From positions 46,066,001 to 46,130,000 of the forward strand of contig OZ024744.1 in NCBI GenBank assembly GCA_964016885.1: a DNA stretch of 64,000 nucleotides, in the 5' to 3' direction. This document shows, in pieces, positions 43,455 through 58,574 of this stretch. Positions within the stretch are counted from its first letter, which is position 1. Every line of letters starts with the position of its first letter. This stretch comes from Eledone cirrhosa. Its lineage: Eukaryota. The notes beneath the pieces are model-generated. The model had not been told where the DNA came from. It did not search any database and was given only the letters and a program-made list of their open reading frames with translations. The translations under genes were made by a program, and so were the position numbers.

Positions 43455-43458
<4 letters not shown>
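43005..43458. mobile_element. TA-flanked fold-back element
   Basis: Near-identical arms ~43047-43220 and ~43283-43455; hammerhead remnant GGGC gtga GCCC-GAAA at the inner end. Confidence 0.75.
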
Positions 43459-43485
<27 letters not shown>

Positions 43486-43892
43486 GACCTTTCTTCCCTA
43501 CGTACAAAGCTACCCTACACTCAGTAGGCACCTCTTAACCAAATATACACCCCAACACACTACCCCTACTCCATTCTCCCACTCCCACCAACACCACCCT
43601 TTCTCTGTAAAGCTATGTTGGTACCAGAACATCCCATCCAAACTAAAGTGGTCATGCATGTGTCATGACAAAATAACACCCAGTCCACACTGTAAAGTGG
43701 TCATGTAGGATACACGGTTAAAAGGTTCCCAGTCTATACTGTTAATGTGGTTGGTGTAAGGAAGGGCATCCAGCCATAGAAAACCTACCAGATACAGTCC
43801 TATACAAGCGAGACACGGTCACCCAATCAATCTTGCCACAAGTGGGACAATTCCCGTTTAACCCTTCCTCGCATGGAAGATAGACATTAAAC

Positions 43893-44252
43893 GATGATGA
43901 TGATGATATACATCATTTCATCATTTCATTTTACGTACGCTTTTTCCCTGCTTGCAAGGGTGGGACGGGAACTGATTCTGGCTTGATTTCTACAGTTGGA
44001 TGCCCTTCCTAACACCAACCTCATTTACAGTGAGTGCTGGGTGCTTTTTTTGCCGTGGCACCTCCACGACCACTTTGCAGTGGAATGATATGGACCCACT
44101 CCCTATCATCTCATTTCTACAGCTGAGTAAACTGGAGCAATGTGAAATAAAGTGTGTTGCTCAAGGAAACAACACATCACCCGGTCTGAGAATTGAGCTC
44201 ACAACCTTTCGATTGCAAGGCCAATGCTCTAACCACTAAGCCATGTGCCTCC
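43893..44252 (-). mobile_element. SINE (tRNA head + RTE tail), tail-to-tail with an RTE-tail element at 43625-43905
   Basis: Reverse complement of 5838-6178. Confidence 0.85.
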
Positions 44253-44257
44253 ATGTG

Positions 44258-44384
<127 letters not shown>

Positions 44385-44589
44385 AATGGTAGCTATGATG
44401 CTTCCATAGGCGGTATGCCAGTTGAGCACTCTATGTTCTTACAGAGCAGAGTGTGATATAATATAAAACGAAAAATCAGTGATGCATCTGGACTCAGTTT
44501 ATTCTGCCGGCAAAATAATTGTAACACATAATAAACTGAGTCTAGATGCATCACTGATTTTTCGTTTTATATTTTATATATATATATAT

Positions 44590-45504
44590 ATAGATAAATT
44601 AATAAAATAATGAATAAACAAAGAAACAGTTCCTTATATTAAAAAAATTTCATCATTTTACGATCGTTTCTAGGATATATATGTGTTAGATTTGGTATGC
44701 ATATTCTATAGATCTATGTACAATATTTATACAAACTATCAGAGGGAATATACATACCTACACATATATATGCTGTCTTCAGAAATAATGATATTTGTTT
44801 ATTGAAAAAAAAACAAAGATTCAATACAATAGGTCTGTTTGGGAACAGGTTTTGAATTGACCAAAAGAGAGATAGTGAGGGTCAAGATAGTAATATAGTA
44901 GTAGAAGAACCTTAAATTATGGGTAGAGGAAGGTAGATTTCAGTTTTGGATGGAAAAGAATATTATGAATGAAGGATTATTTTAGGGAAGAAATAGGTCT
45001 TATGCTGACCTCAGAAATAATTTTATTTGTTCATTGAATAAAACCAACAAAGATCTAATATATTCTGTCTGTTTGGTAAGAGGTTTAGAATTAACCAATA
45101 GAAAGTTAATAATTGGCCAAATGGTAAAATAGTAGTAATTGAAGCTTATTTTAGGGGTGAAAATAGGTCAGGTGGTCAGTAAAAGGTATACAAGCAGTTG
45201 CTCTTATAAAATAGTAATGCCAATACAAATATCTAAGGTGACTAAAGTTTTACGATAAGAATGTTAGTGAAAAAAATACATCTATGAAAAGAATATAAAT
45301 TAATTTAATTGATTGGTATATTTATATTGATAAAATTACACTAATACATATAGATATGATAAATAAAAGTTAGATGCAGTTGAAAAGTGTTGTTAAAGAT
45401 GAGGGGAAATTAAAAGAATATAAAAATAATATATATATATATACTTATATATATATATATATATATATACATATATATACACATACACACACACATATAC
45501 ACAC

Positions 45505-45535
<31 letters not shown>

Positions 45536-48350
45536 TATATATATATATACATATACATGCATATATACATACATACATATATATATATACACACACACAT
45601 ACACACTTACATATACATATAATTATTGGGGGGGGGGGGAATTAAATTTATTAATGAGAAATAATAAATATATATAGTTTTCAAGGAACATAGAGTCATA
45701 ACCTGAAGTTAAAGCATTATATAAGTTTACTTAATGGTATCAGTTTTAGGAAATGATATTTGTAAGAAGGACAGCAAAATTATGTAGTTCATCAGTAGTA
45801 GAATATTAATTATAGGTTAACTAAATTAAAAATAGTTTATATATTAATTTCTAAAGTGTATATTAATTAGGTTTATAATATTTAAAGGTTTTTCTCAGTT
45901 TATGATTACACGATATTATTAATTCCTGTCGCTTATTTAATAGGATATCCTTAGATTTCATTATTTCAAAAAGTTCTTGGGAACATAATCTACATTCATA
46001 TCTACTATTTTGATAAGGGGTGGCCCTTTTGAGCACACTCCAGGTCAGGTCATAATCTATATTCCTCTTTCTATAACTATTAATTATTTCAGCTAGAGAT
46101 GTTGTATTAGCTAGTGCGGCATTTTTAAAACTATGTTTGTGGGTATTAAATCTTACCTTAAATTTGTTAGAGGTAGCTCCTATATATGAATAAATTGAGT
46201 CCTTAGTGTTAACTTTACATTTATATACTATGTTATTAACAAGGCAATTTCCTTTTAATGGACAGTTTGCCTTGTTTCTACAGTTACAATTTTTCGTGAA
46301 TCCTGTATCTGAGGAGATATTATGGTTAGTTTGATGTACTGGTGGTATACTCATGTTTTTTTTTTTTACATTTATATGCATTATAGGCACTTATATTTTG
46401 TTTTATGTTTTTTGTTGTTGAGTAGGAGAATTTAACCGTTGATCTATTTAAAATTTGATGGTATTTGTGGTTTGGCGGGAAGTTTTTCTCTAGGATATTA
46501 AAGAATTTTTTAGGTATATTATCCTTAATTTGTAAATTAAATGGAGCATTATACCAAGTAACTCGTCTATTACGGTTTCGATGTTGTTTATTGTTTTTAT
46601 AGGGCGCATCCTGATGTTTATTAAGAGAATTATTGTTAATGACCTCACCACACACATTTCTAGTTAGATTTATTGATTTAGGTGTTTTAGCTTGTTTATT
46701 AGGAGTTTTATTATTAACATTTATTAGAGTTGTAGGATGAGTAGTTTTTTGAGAGTTACTATGCTGTATATTAGAAGAGTTAGAGAAATTTGGTTTTATG
46801 TTGGTGTTTTGGGGTATAGTGTGAGTGGCATTTAGGTGTGTATGTTTCATTTGGTGTTTGTTGGTAATATTAGGTTGTATGTTTGTAGTGTTATTGGTAG
46901 AAGGTATATATACTAATCTATTTTTGTGGCCACTTCTAGCTAGAGCTTCGTTATAAAAGGTCGCATTTTTATCAAATACATCTTGGTTAGACGAAAGGTT
47001 AGAAATTCTAAGTGATATATTATATGCAAGGTTTTTAAGGATAGATTTAGGGTGATTAGATTGTGAGTGTATGTAGTGTAAATTTTGGTTGGGTTTATGG
47101 TAAGGTTGGTAGATACCCGTAGATAAGTCTAATGTTATATCTAGGAAATTAACTACTTTACTTGTGTTTTCAAATGTAATATCTAGACTATAATAGTCTT
47201 TAAGGAAAGTTCTAATAAGCTTTTTATTTTTTCTATCTCTGAGAGGCTAAGGTTATTGGAAAGAAGACAGTCGTCACGATATAAACCACCTTTAAGGTGG
47301 GGAAAGGAAGCATTTATGTTAAAAAGAAGAAAGAGGCCCACAAGATCAGTAATTTGGGCAGAATGGCTTGAGCCCATAGTAATATCGAATAGATTACTAT
47401 ATGTGTTTCTGGTCCAGTATTCATTCTAAAATTCCAATAGTGTTAGTCTAGCATGTGTAATAATATTAATGTCTTCCAAAGTTAAGTTAGATCTATTTTT
47501 AGCAGATATCAAGGCTTTGTTCAGGAGTATAGGTGATATAGAAGAATAATAATTATCTATATCAAATTGTTGAAATGAAGCAGAGGATTTATTTCTAATA
47601 TTATTAAACCAGTTAATTACCTGGGATGTGTTTTCCCAGAGTGGTAAATTAACATGTTTTCTTAGTTGTGGGATGACTCTATCTAAACATTTTTCACTAA
47701 TTATTACAATATCAGATTTGGAAGGGCATATAAGCCTTATAGAAGGATTAGAGTTAAAGTTAGATTTATGATCTTTCAGGTTGAAGTGTGGTCTTTTCAA
47801 TGCCAAAGGTTCAGTTCTATCTTCAATATTAAGTCTATTCACTGTGCTGTGTGTTTTGTTGTTGATGTTGGTAAGTGACGCATTGTTTGTTTTTCTATAA
47901 TTTTTCCTGAGTTCTGAAAGCATTGTAATTTTCAATATCCATGTGATATAGATTTCCAGTTTTGTCCGAGTGGACATGGATTTTTTTAGATTATTTTAGG
48001 TCCAATAGGGTAGAATCAAGGTCCTTTTGAAAATTGGATTTATACCTCTTAAATTTGAGGGGTTTGATTAAATTAAAAAGGTCTTTCTCAAAGTTTTCAA
48101 GTAAGGAGTTGTGTGGTGGATTTTTATATGTAGTGAAATCATACAAATATTTCCTATCAGTACATTTTGTTTTTTTATCGAAGTGGTAGGCCCTCCATCT
48201 GATTCTTCTGATAAATTGGTTGGTTTTTTGTATCATAAGAAGTAAGAAATCATCCTTAGAAGGTAATGGTATATTCTTTAAAGAAGTTCCATTGTGATAT
48301 GGATAATGGACAAGAAAAAGAGCTCAACTATTTATATATGGAGTTATAAA
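44590..48350 (-). mobile_element. Penelope-like element 2, near full length, frameshifted (Naiad-like)
   Basis: SLKNIP..IRRIRWRA N-terminus; QFDIDNYY; MGS..DLVGL; GGLYRDD; CNC..CPLKGNC; NIVYKC..YIGAT GIY-YIG; CRLC..CNH; 3' hammerhead. Confidence 0.92.
44651..44790 (-). ncRNA. Type I hammerhead ribozyme with very long stem II, 3' end of PLE 2
   Basis: CATTATTT-CTGAAGA-cagcATATATATGTGT..ACACATATATATccta-GAAA-CGATCG-TA^AAATGATG. Confidence 0.7.
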
Positions 48351-48651
48351 GTTATACACATATATGTATATATATATAAATATATATACACATACAATAT
48401 AAATACAATTATTCATGTGAAATATGTGGGAAATCTTTCTCTCAGAATTCGACACTGTATGTTTGTATATATATTAACTTTCATCTTTTGTAATTATGGA
48501 TATTAATTCTCTTGTCACCTGAAATGTCCTCAATAACAAGAACCTTAACTATAGAAGAGTTATTCGTATGTTTTATGAGCTGAGGATTTTATTGTGAATA
48601 GAGCTTCTCTCACCTTAACAAAAATAATAGTGGTATATTCCAAAATAATCA

Positions 48652-48691
<40 letters not shown>

Positions 48692-48749
48692 GGAGGTGAG
48701 TTTTATTTTCTATAAAATATATTGAACTCCTTTAACCATCTTTTGATCT

Positions 48750-48806
<57 letters not shown>

Positions 48807-49018
48807 CACTTGCATTTTCTTCATCCAAGATCAGTCTTACGCTAACATATGTCGTATTACATGTACCAACTAAATGCTACATTACAACTTTGTAGATGAA
48901 GAAAGCCAAGTTTTGCAGTCTTTTATGGACACTCTGTATATTAGACTACATTGCATCATATTAACGATATCTACATTTCTTATTGTATAAGTAAAATTGG
49001 TGAGAATCCTTTATGTAA

Positions 49019-49615
<597 letters not shown>

Positions 49616-49724
49616 CACTTGCAATGAACCCCATCACTGTGAAATGTGAAACACACAAATATACAGACACACTCTGGAAGGAAGAATATACAATTTGAAG
49701 CTTGAAAAATACTTATCTTATACT

Positions 49725-50200
49725 TATCATCATCATCATCATCACCGTTTTACGTCCATTCTTCCATGCTAGCATAATGTAGACGGGTTGTCCTGTTGTG
49801 ACAATGCCAGGTCGGGTGACCTTGTCTTGCTCATATGGGAACTGATTTTGGCTTGATTTCTACTCCTTGATGTCCTTCCTAACACAAAACCTCATTTACT
49901 GTGAGTGCTAGGTGCTTTTTTTTACCATGGTGTCTACACAGCCACTTTACAGTGGGCTGGGCGATTTTTTGTCAACCACTTTGCAGTGGGTGGGGATGGG
50001 GTCATATATATGCTTCGGCTTGTAGCCGTGTGAATTCGGGTTTTCTGTATTACTGCATGATGCCAGAGGGCACCGTCCTGCGTCATCGTCTTTGAGAGGT
50101 GCAATTGGGCAAGGTAGGCTTTTATCACCTCATCCCGGGTCTTCCTGGATCCAGCGTCTTTTAGTGCTCTGCACCTTTTAATGCAGCTGTCATCCTTCAT
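49725..50200 (-). mobile_element. RTE 3' end fragment
   Basis: MKDDSCIKRCRA..KTRDEVI matches the C-terminus of 56098-56841; (CAT)n tail; absent from the paralogous block near 36560. Confidence 0.85.
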
Positions 50201-51712
50201 CTATATATATATACTCTATCAAATGGAATAAGGATACTGCCATATATCGAAGATTACTACAATAACTAGGGAGCGGAGGACAAGACATACCAGACATTCC
50301 TACCGAAGAATGGATGACCAGATGAGCTGGCTCCTGTGGTGGATACCTAAACATAGTAAGACCCTAGTGGGATGACTGAAAATGATCTACATAGATCAGA
50401 TGTCTAGGGATGTTCAGCTGGGGATTAATGATTTCAAGAAAGCCACGAAATAATATATATTAATGAACATTTATTATGGTGAAATATGTTGGAAATTATT
50501 CTCAGGTTTTGTATTGTAATCCCTGTAGAAAGTTCTACTTCATATTTGTCATTAAGGTTTCTTATAGAGACACAATCTTATTTTATTGGTGAGGGTGGTG
50601 GATTGGCAGAATCTGTAGAGTGTCAGACAACATTCTTTGTGTCATATAGTTACAGCCCCTAATGTTCTGGGTTAAAAAAAGTACCAGTAATGCACTGTGT
50701 CGATTTAATTGGCATTCCTCTTTCTCTTCCAATCGCTGGGGTTGATTTAAAAGTAGAAACATTTATTTAAAGTCTATAAAACAATGGATGGAATGCATTC
50801 TGCCATATTTGTTCTGGTTCTCTGCTCTCTGAGTTTAAACTCTGCTGAGGTCAACTTTGCCTTTCATCCATTCAAGGTGGATAAAAAAATAGTACCAGCC
50901 TACCACAGGGGTCTGTTCTTCCTCTCTATATTTCTTTCTCACTTCCTCTCTCTCATTCTCTCTCCTTCTCTGGAAGAAATCAACTGTCCCAACCTGGTGA
51001 GTGAAGGGCTCCACCAAGCTTCAAATGTCCACAGTAACACCCCTATGACTCCATCAGTGCAAGAAAAACAAAACAAGATTAATGTGTTTATTTGTGTTAT
51101 TTTACAAATACTAACTGGTTTATATTTATATTTATGACAAAATATCCACATTTATGTGTAAATAAAAACAATTTTATAACTTTAATATTTGTTGGATGGT
51201 ACTTTCATGACAGTTCAAATTATGACTTTTTTTAATAAATAATTCACATTTGAAAATATTTTACAATTTTCTTCTCTTGCCAAACAAAGGTTTGTTAGGA
51301 CCCTTCAGTTCTGTCAAAGACATGACAACCTGTTTAGTACTGGTGCCACAATAAAATACACTCAGTAGAATGTTGGATCATATGTAAGAGAGATGTGGTC
51401 TCCCACTGCACCCTGGTTTGTAAAGACATGTCCCACCCTTGCTAGCAGGGAAAGTAGACATTAAATGATGATCTATGATGTCATTGGTGCCAAGCTGTTT
51501 CAGCTATTCCCTTGGACGACATTATATATAATGTGTATGTAGTATATATATAGCTTATATATTGTCTATATGTAACATATACTCTGTATATGCAGTATTT
51601 ATATATAGTGTATATTTTGTGTATATGGAGCACATACACTATATACATAGTATTTATATGTATATATATAGTGTATATATTGTGTATATGTAGCACGTAC
51701 ACTATATACATA

Positions 51713-51756
<44 letters not shown>

Positions 51757-53079
51757 TATACATTGTGTATATGTAGCACGTACACTATATACATAGTATT
51801 TATATATATATATATATATATAGTGTATATATTGTGTATATGTAACACGTACACTATATACATAGTATTTATATGTATATATATATAGTGTATATATTGT
51901 GTATCGTCATTACATCTACTATTCCATGCTTGCATGGGTTGGACAGGTCCTTCTTAGCACGACATCTCTCCACTAGATGCATTCCTTCGTCATCTCTTCC
52001 AGTCTTCACGATTTGAGTTCAGCTCTCACAAAATTTGCTTTCTTGGTCATTCTCTACTGCAGCTTCCTTCCACTAGGATTTCCTCAGTTAGTCCAAGCTC
52101 TGCATTTCTCTCACATTTACGTTGCAGATCCAATAAAACATGGTTGCATCATTTCTCTCTAGTCTAATCGCATCATCTGTAGTCACAGCCCATTTTTCTC
52201 TACCATGCAGTATTGTGCACTTCACACAGGCTTTATATACCCTTCCTTTTGTGTGTAGGGAGAAACCTTATGTTATCAGCAGTAGTAGTTCACTAAACTT
52301 CTATCCTATCCTTATTCAAGCCACTCTACTCTTGGCACACCCTCCTCTGCTGCTGATTAGGTCACCTAGATAGCAGAAGCTATCAACCACATCTATAGAT
52401 CCATCCTGTGACTGGAAACGGTTTATAACAGTAGCACTCTTCCTCTCAATTTCTGCTGTGCTGCCTCACCAACCACTTTCACTCTGTCTCCACACTGCTG
52501 ATTTCCTTCTCAAAATTAGAAAGACAACAGCCCACTTGAGGAAGGAGTCCCATGAGGTGGGGTGGATGTTGCAGTGGGTGTCTCTGGCTATTCTTTGAGG
52601 TAACACCTTTTCCATTTTGTCTGTAGGGTGGGGCTGAATCACAGCTTAGACAAGAATATAGTGTCTGTCCCTCACCCTTTCCCATTGTTTTTGTTGCTTG
52701 ATTCTTTTTCGTTTTCCTTCTTTTCATTTCCATTTCTTAAATATTTGATTACCTTTAATAATGTATTTTGGTTTAATATGAACAGTTATATAAAATTCCG
52801 AATGTTATTTACACAAATCTTAATAAAGAACTAGCATATTCATTGAACGTGTGAATTGATATAACTGAAGTTGTTTCTGAATGTATTAAATTATGTAGGG
52901 GACTTTTAAATCATGTCACCATCCATGTACCTGCTATCTTAATTATAACTTTAATTAATCTAATTATATTTTATGTAGTAATTATCTCATGTTAAACTGA
53001 AAGTTAATATTTTGTAGATAACACAGAGTGAGCTACATGTTTAAAAGTAGGTGTTGCTACATGATTAAATATTTCATTT

Positions 53080-53310
53080 CATGTGAGAAATCTTTTACAG
53101 ATAGTTTGCTACTTAATAAACATATATGTCTTCAGACTGGAGGAAAGAAACATCCAGTGTGAAACATGTTGGACATCGTTTATTCAGAATTCTACTCATG
53201 TTGGCCACATATTCAGACTGCAGAAAAAGGACCTGTGAAATATGTGGGAAATATTTTGTGACTAACAATAACTTAGAAACACACACTGGTGATAAAACTA
53301 TTTAACTGTG
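53080..53310 (+). pseudogene. Highly decayed C2H2 zinc-finger remnant
   Basis: TGTGAAATATGTGGGAAA and CACACTGGTGATAAA finger/linker codons. Confidence 0.6.
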
Positions 53311-53974
53311 AACCCTAAGATTTTACCAGTCTAAACTTATTGTCCACCAACATCAAAAATGTAACCATAACAGTTCTACAGACTTCATTTCTTAAATATG
53401 TTTTTAACTGGAATTAAAATCCTTTCCATGTCTAATTTTTGTCTTCCTAGATTCAGTTTTAATGATATAAAGGCAAAATTCTTTTTTTATTTGTTTGCAA
53501 CAGCTAAAATTCCCCGTTGTAATGTATAATTGAGGGACCGTCTAACATCTGAGGTAATGATGTGCCTTTACTCTATCACCTGAACTATGCTGTGTCTTGT
53601 ATCAGATATGTCAACACAAACATTCCCTGTTGTGGTGTGTAATTGAGAGACTCTCTGTCACCTGAACTAATGCTGTCAGTGTCTTCTCTCAGAAATATTA
53701 GAAAGCAGCACCAACTTTATCACATATTGAACTCATATTGTATGCCCTTTAACAAGTGATGCGTTATTGTTCAATTATTTAATTGTTTCTACTTTAGGCA
53801 CAAGGCCAGCAATTACCCAGTGCGTTACTGGTACTTTATTTTATCGACCCCGTAAGGATGAAAGGCAAAGTCAACCTCGGCGGGATTTGAACTCAGATCG
53901 TAAAGGGACGTAACTATGCTGGAAAGCATGGCGTCCGACCCTCTACCGATACTGCCAATCCACCGACAGCCAAT

Positions 53975-54725
53975 CATATCACAATTATGTGTTTCAAGTG
54001 TGCTCATATTTTTGCCTATTATACTTCAGCTAAACTGGGGCACACAATTTTATCCAACAGGTTTGAAGTACAGCCTCACAGCTCCAGGCGCACTATTATT
54101 TCTGTTGCCATGGAATTACATTCAGTGTTGTTGTTACATCCTCACTTTAGTTCTACAGTTCAACATTTCTTCAGTTCAACAGTTCTACAGTTTTACAGTT
54201 CAACAGTTCTACAGTTCTACAGTTCTTCAGTTCAACAGTTCATCAGTTCATCAGTTAAATATTTCTTCAGTTCAACATTTCTCCAGTTCAACATTTCTAT
54301 AGAAGAGTTATTCGTCTGTTTCATGTCACAATCATGTGTTTCAAGTGTGCTCATATTTTTACCTAAACTGGGGTACATAATTTTATCCAACAGGTTTGAA
54401 GTACAGCCTTACAGCTCCAGGTGTACACTATTATTTCTGTTGCAATAGAATTACATTCAGTGTTGTTGTTACATCCTCACTTTAGTTCTCCAGTTCAACA
54501 TTTCTTCAGTTCAACAGTTCAACATTTCTCCAGTTCTCGAGCTCAACAGTTCGACATTTCTTCAGTTCAACAGTTCTTCAGTTCTTCAGTTCAACATTTC
54601 TTCAGTTCAACAGTTCTTCAGTTCAACAGTTCTTCAGTTCAACATTTCTCCAGTTCAACATTTCTTCAGTTCAACAGTTCTACAGTTTTACAGTTCTTTA
54701 GTTCTTCAGTTCAACATTTCTACAG
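53975..54725. repeat. ~350-bp tandem duplication ending in a (TTCTTCAGTTCAACA)n satellite
   Basis: 53977-54300 matches 54325-54725. Confidence 0.85.
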
Positions 54726-55672
54726 TTTATTGTGCTTTATTGTGTTGAAATAGAAATTTACAAATAACTGTTCCTAGTTCAATTCCTTACACATTTAATT
54801 GAAAGAGTGTATATGTCTTTTCCTGGTTTTTATATTCTTTCTTTTTAGCGTAAATCATTTATTAAATTTTCATAACATATTAAATAAACTATATTTATCT
54901 CCTGAAATTCAATCTATTTTTGTTAAGTAAAGAGTTACATTTGATGAATTTGTCCAGTCTGTGATTCCATACTTTTGTTAATTTCCCATCTAAATATCTG
55001 TTATGAACACCATATGTAATGATATCTTGAAAGTAGTTAGAAGAAATCAAACACAAACACTTCATTGGTATTTGAAATGTTTAAAATTCTATTGGACGTT
55101 GTTGATTTTAAAACTTGTGAGGCCCCAGAGGTTTTAATGGCTACTTCAACACACCTCCCTCACTATCTTCCAGGTTAACCCTTTCTCCATTCTGTCCTTA
55201 GCCAGGAGCATGAGGCAACTGGTACCTGGGTTTCTGCAGGCCAGAGAGAATTCTGAGACACTGTCTTGGCTGGTATCATTGGGGTAGTGATAGTATAGAT
55301 TACTGAGTGATGTTAGACACAGTAAATAATGGTATTTGATGTAGGCACAGGCCCAATAATATTGGGGTGGGGAAAGTTAAATCAACCTCAGTGCATTACT
55401 GGTACTTTATTTTATCACCCGTATGGATGAAAGGGAAAGCTACCCTCAACATGATTTGAACTCAGAACGTAACATGACATAACTCTATGATGCAAAGATT
55501 GTTGTCTGACGCTCTACGGATTAGATGCCAATTTACTGCACTAGACACACTAAATAAAAGTGTTTTGAGAAATTTGAAACAACAAACTTGTTAAATCTCT
55601 ATTGATTTGTAAATTAGGCTCAAGACCAGCAATTATGGGGGAAGGGCAAAGTTTATTAAATCAACCATAGTA

Positions 55673-58170
55673 CATCATCATCATCATCATCATCGTTTAA
55701 TGTCCATCTTCCGCGATTGCATGGGTTTGGACGGGAGTTTTCCCACTTGAGGCAAGATTTGTTGTTCTGCTCGTATAGGACTGTTTGGCGGGTTTTCTAC
55801 GGCTGGATGCCCTTCCTAACACCAACCACGTTTACAGTGTGGACTGGGAGGTTTTTTACCGTGTTACCTACACGGCCACATTACAGCGTGGACTCTGTGT
55901 TCTTTTTGTCGTGACACCTACACGACCTCATTTGTTTCGGACTGGATGTTGTGGTACCAACTCAACTTCACATTTAAGGGGGCGGTGTGGATGGGGTGGA
56001 GGTAGTGGGACGGGGTGTATTTAGTTAGAGGTGCCTACTGACTGTAGGTTTCGCTTTGTACTTAGGCAAGGCGAGTCTTCTGTATGACTGTGTAGCGCTA
56101 AAGATCTCGGTCCAGTGACATTGTCTTGGAGAGGTGTAAGTGTGTGAGGTCGGAATTTATCAAGTCGTCCCAGGTTTTTCTGGGTCTGCCTACTCCGTGG
56201 CTACCGTCTATTTTTATCGCTCTGCACTTTTTTATACAGCTGTCGTCTTTCATGCGCATCACGTGACCGTACCAACGTAGTCTTCTCTCGAGTAAACAAC
56301 ATCTGATCCCTCTTATTCCTAATTTCTCTCTTAGTTCGTTTATGCTTTGCCGTTCACGTATATTACTATTACACATCCAGCGGAGAATGCAAGCTTCGTT
56401 TCTCTCCAGTCTGCGTATATCCTTTACACACAATGCCCAGGTCTCACTGCCATGTAACATTGCTGTTCGTATGCAGTCATCATACAGCCTGCCTTTCATT
56501 TTTAGAGAGAACCCTTTAGCGGCCAATAGTGGTATAAGCTCTCTGAACTTTTTCCATCCTGTTCTGACTCTAGCTACTGTACTTTCAGAGCACCCTCCCC
56601 CACTGCTGATTTTGTCACCCAGGTAACGGAAGGTGTCCACTATTTCTATAGAACCATCTGTGCAATGGAATGAGCTAGTATTCTGTGGGCACTTGCTGCT
56701 ACTTATTGCACCAGAGCACCGGCCACATGTAAAATCTTTATTCTTAGTTAGCTTACCTGTGATCCCACTACATCTTTTATGCACCCATACTTTGCATTTG
56801 GGACATAAAATGGAGTTTCTGCCTACTACTTTCCTACACACTGAGCATGGCCATTTCCCAGATGGGACCGGTGCCCTATTTTCCTTCCTACAAACTAGAA
56901 CTTAAGTCTTAGACAAGTTAACTTTAAGGCCTTTTGATTCTAGGCCATGCTACCATGTTTGGAATTTCTTCTCTAGTTCAGCCATTGATTCAGCTATGAG
57001 CGTTAGATCATCTGCATATAGGAGTTCCCATGGGCAGCTGGTCTTGAACTCCTCTGTTATAACCTGAAGGGCAATAATAAATAGTAGGGGGCTAAGAACG
57101 GAGCCCTGATGAACATCAACATTTACGCTAAACTCTTCACTATATTCGTTGTTAATTCTAACCTTGCTGACTGTTTCTTTATACATGGCTTGTATAGCTC
57201 TCACAAGCCATTCATCAACACCTAGTTTTCTAAGCGCGCCCCAGATAATGGAGCGGGGGACTCTGTCAAAGGCTTTCTCCAAGTCAACAAAAGCTAAGTA
57301 TAGGGGTTTACTTTTAGCTAGGTACTTCTCCTGTAGTTGTCGTACAATGACAAGAGCGTCTGTGGTACTTTTACCTGACACAAACCCGAACTGCATTTCA
57401 TCTAGATCAATTCGTTCTCTGATTAGTTGCGCTATTACTTTTTCTGTGACCTTCATGACCTGGTCGATTAATTCAATGCCTCTATAGTTACCCCTATCAA
57501 GAGCATCTCCTTTACCCTTGTAGCAGTTAATGATGATGCTGCTACGCCAGTCCTTCGGAACGGCCCCATTCTGTATGACTTGGTTTACTATCCGGGTGAC
57601 CATAGTGTGTCCCACCGCTCCAGATGCTTTCAGCATTTCAGCAACTATTTCCGAAGGCCCAGCCGCCTTACCCGTCTTCATATCTTTGATTGCCTTACTT
57701 ATTATACTACCTTCAACTAGCACTGCTGGTCCCTCTATTGGATCGATGTGGGGGAGACTGTCTTTCTCCCATTTATTCTCCTCATTTAGTAGCCTTTCGT
57801 AGTGACACTTCCAAGCTACCTTCTTATCAGCGTCAGTGATGGTAAGTACACCATCATCATTAAGGACACACTTCTCCCCGACAATATCACGGTTTTCCTT
57901 GACACATTGCCTAGTTTTTGGTCCTCGCGTTGTAGAACATGCTTGAACTTTCTTTCCTCTGCTTCCCTTCTTGCGAAGTACACTTGTCTCCTAGCTTCCA
58001 TCCTGGCCACTTGATAGTCTTCTCTACTTCCCCCATCCCGCCATACTTTCCAAGCCTGCTTTTTGACCTTAATTGACTCCTCCACCTTACTGTTCCACCA
58101 CCACGTTACTCCCCTCCTGCCCATAGGCCTGCTCCAGCCACAGACTTGATCTGCCGCCTTCAGCAGGTTA
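55673..58170 (-). mobile_element. RTE-clade LINE, 5'-truncated, with complete 3' UTR and (ATG)n tail
   Basis: RT 56950-57723, PHD insert and thumb 56098-56900; in-frame stops at ~56950 and ~56905. Confidence 0.95.
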
Positions 58171-58574
58171 GATAATATATTTTATCTAACCTAGAAGAAT
58201 AAAATATAAAATTTACCTCAGTGGGATTTGAACTCAGAATGTTAAGAACCAGGACAAATACTGCAATGGTAGGTTATCTGACACTCTACCAATTCTGTCA
58301 TTCTACCATCTTTGTTTAAATCTATATTAAAGTAGATGTAGAATATATTTCTCCTTCTACCATTTGAAATTCTACTGAAATCATCTCAGAACAACACAGT
58401 AGTGTTTCAATAGAGCTGTTATTTATTAAATCATTTATTTAAACCGTCCGTATCCGGCCAGAATTCTCTTACATTTTCTGTTCTAACTGGCCCTAACAAG
58501 CCGCTCATGCTGATGTTAAGGTATTGTTCCCCAAAAAAGGGAATAGCGGACGTAAAATGATGATGATGATGATG

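Noticed and set aside
45863-46300. Selenocysteine recoding, as reported for some Naiad PLEs
   Set aside because: The conserved Cys positions in both Naiad-like endonucleases (here and 62422-62880) are ordinary Cys codons, not TGA.
53916-54753. Ser/Gln/Phe-rich proteins
   Set aside because: Derived from a short-period satellite and a SINE; no coding evidence.
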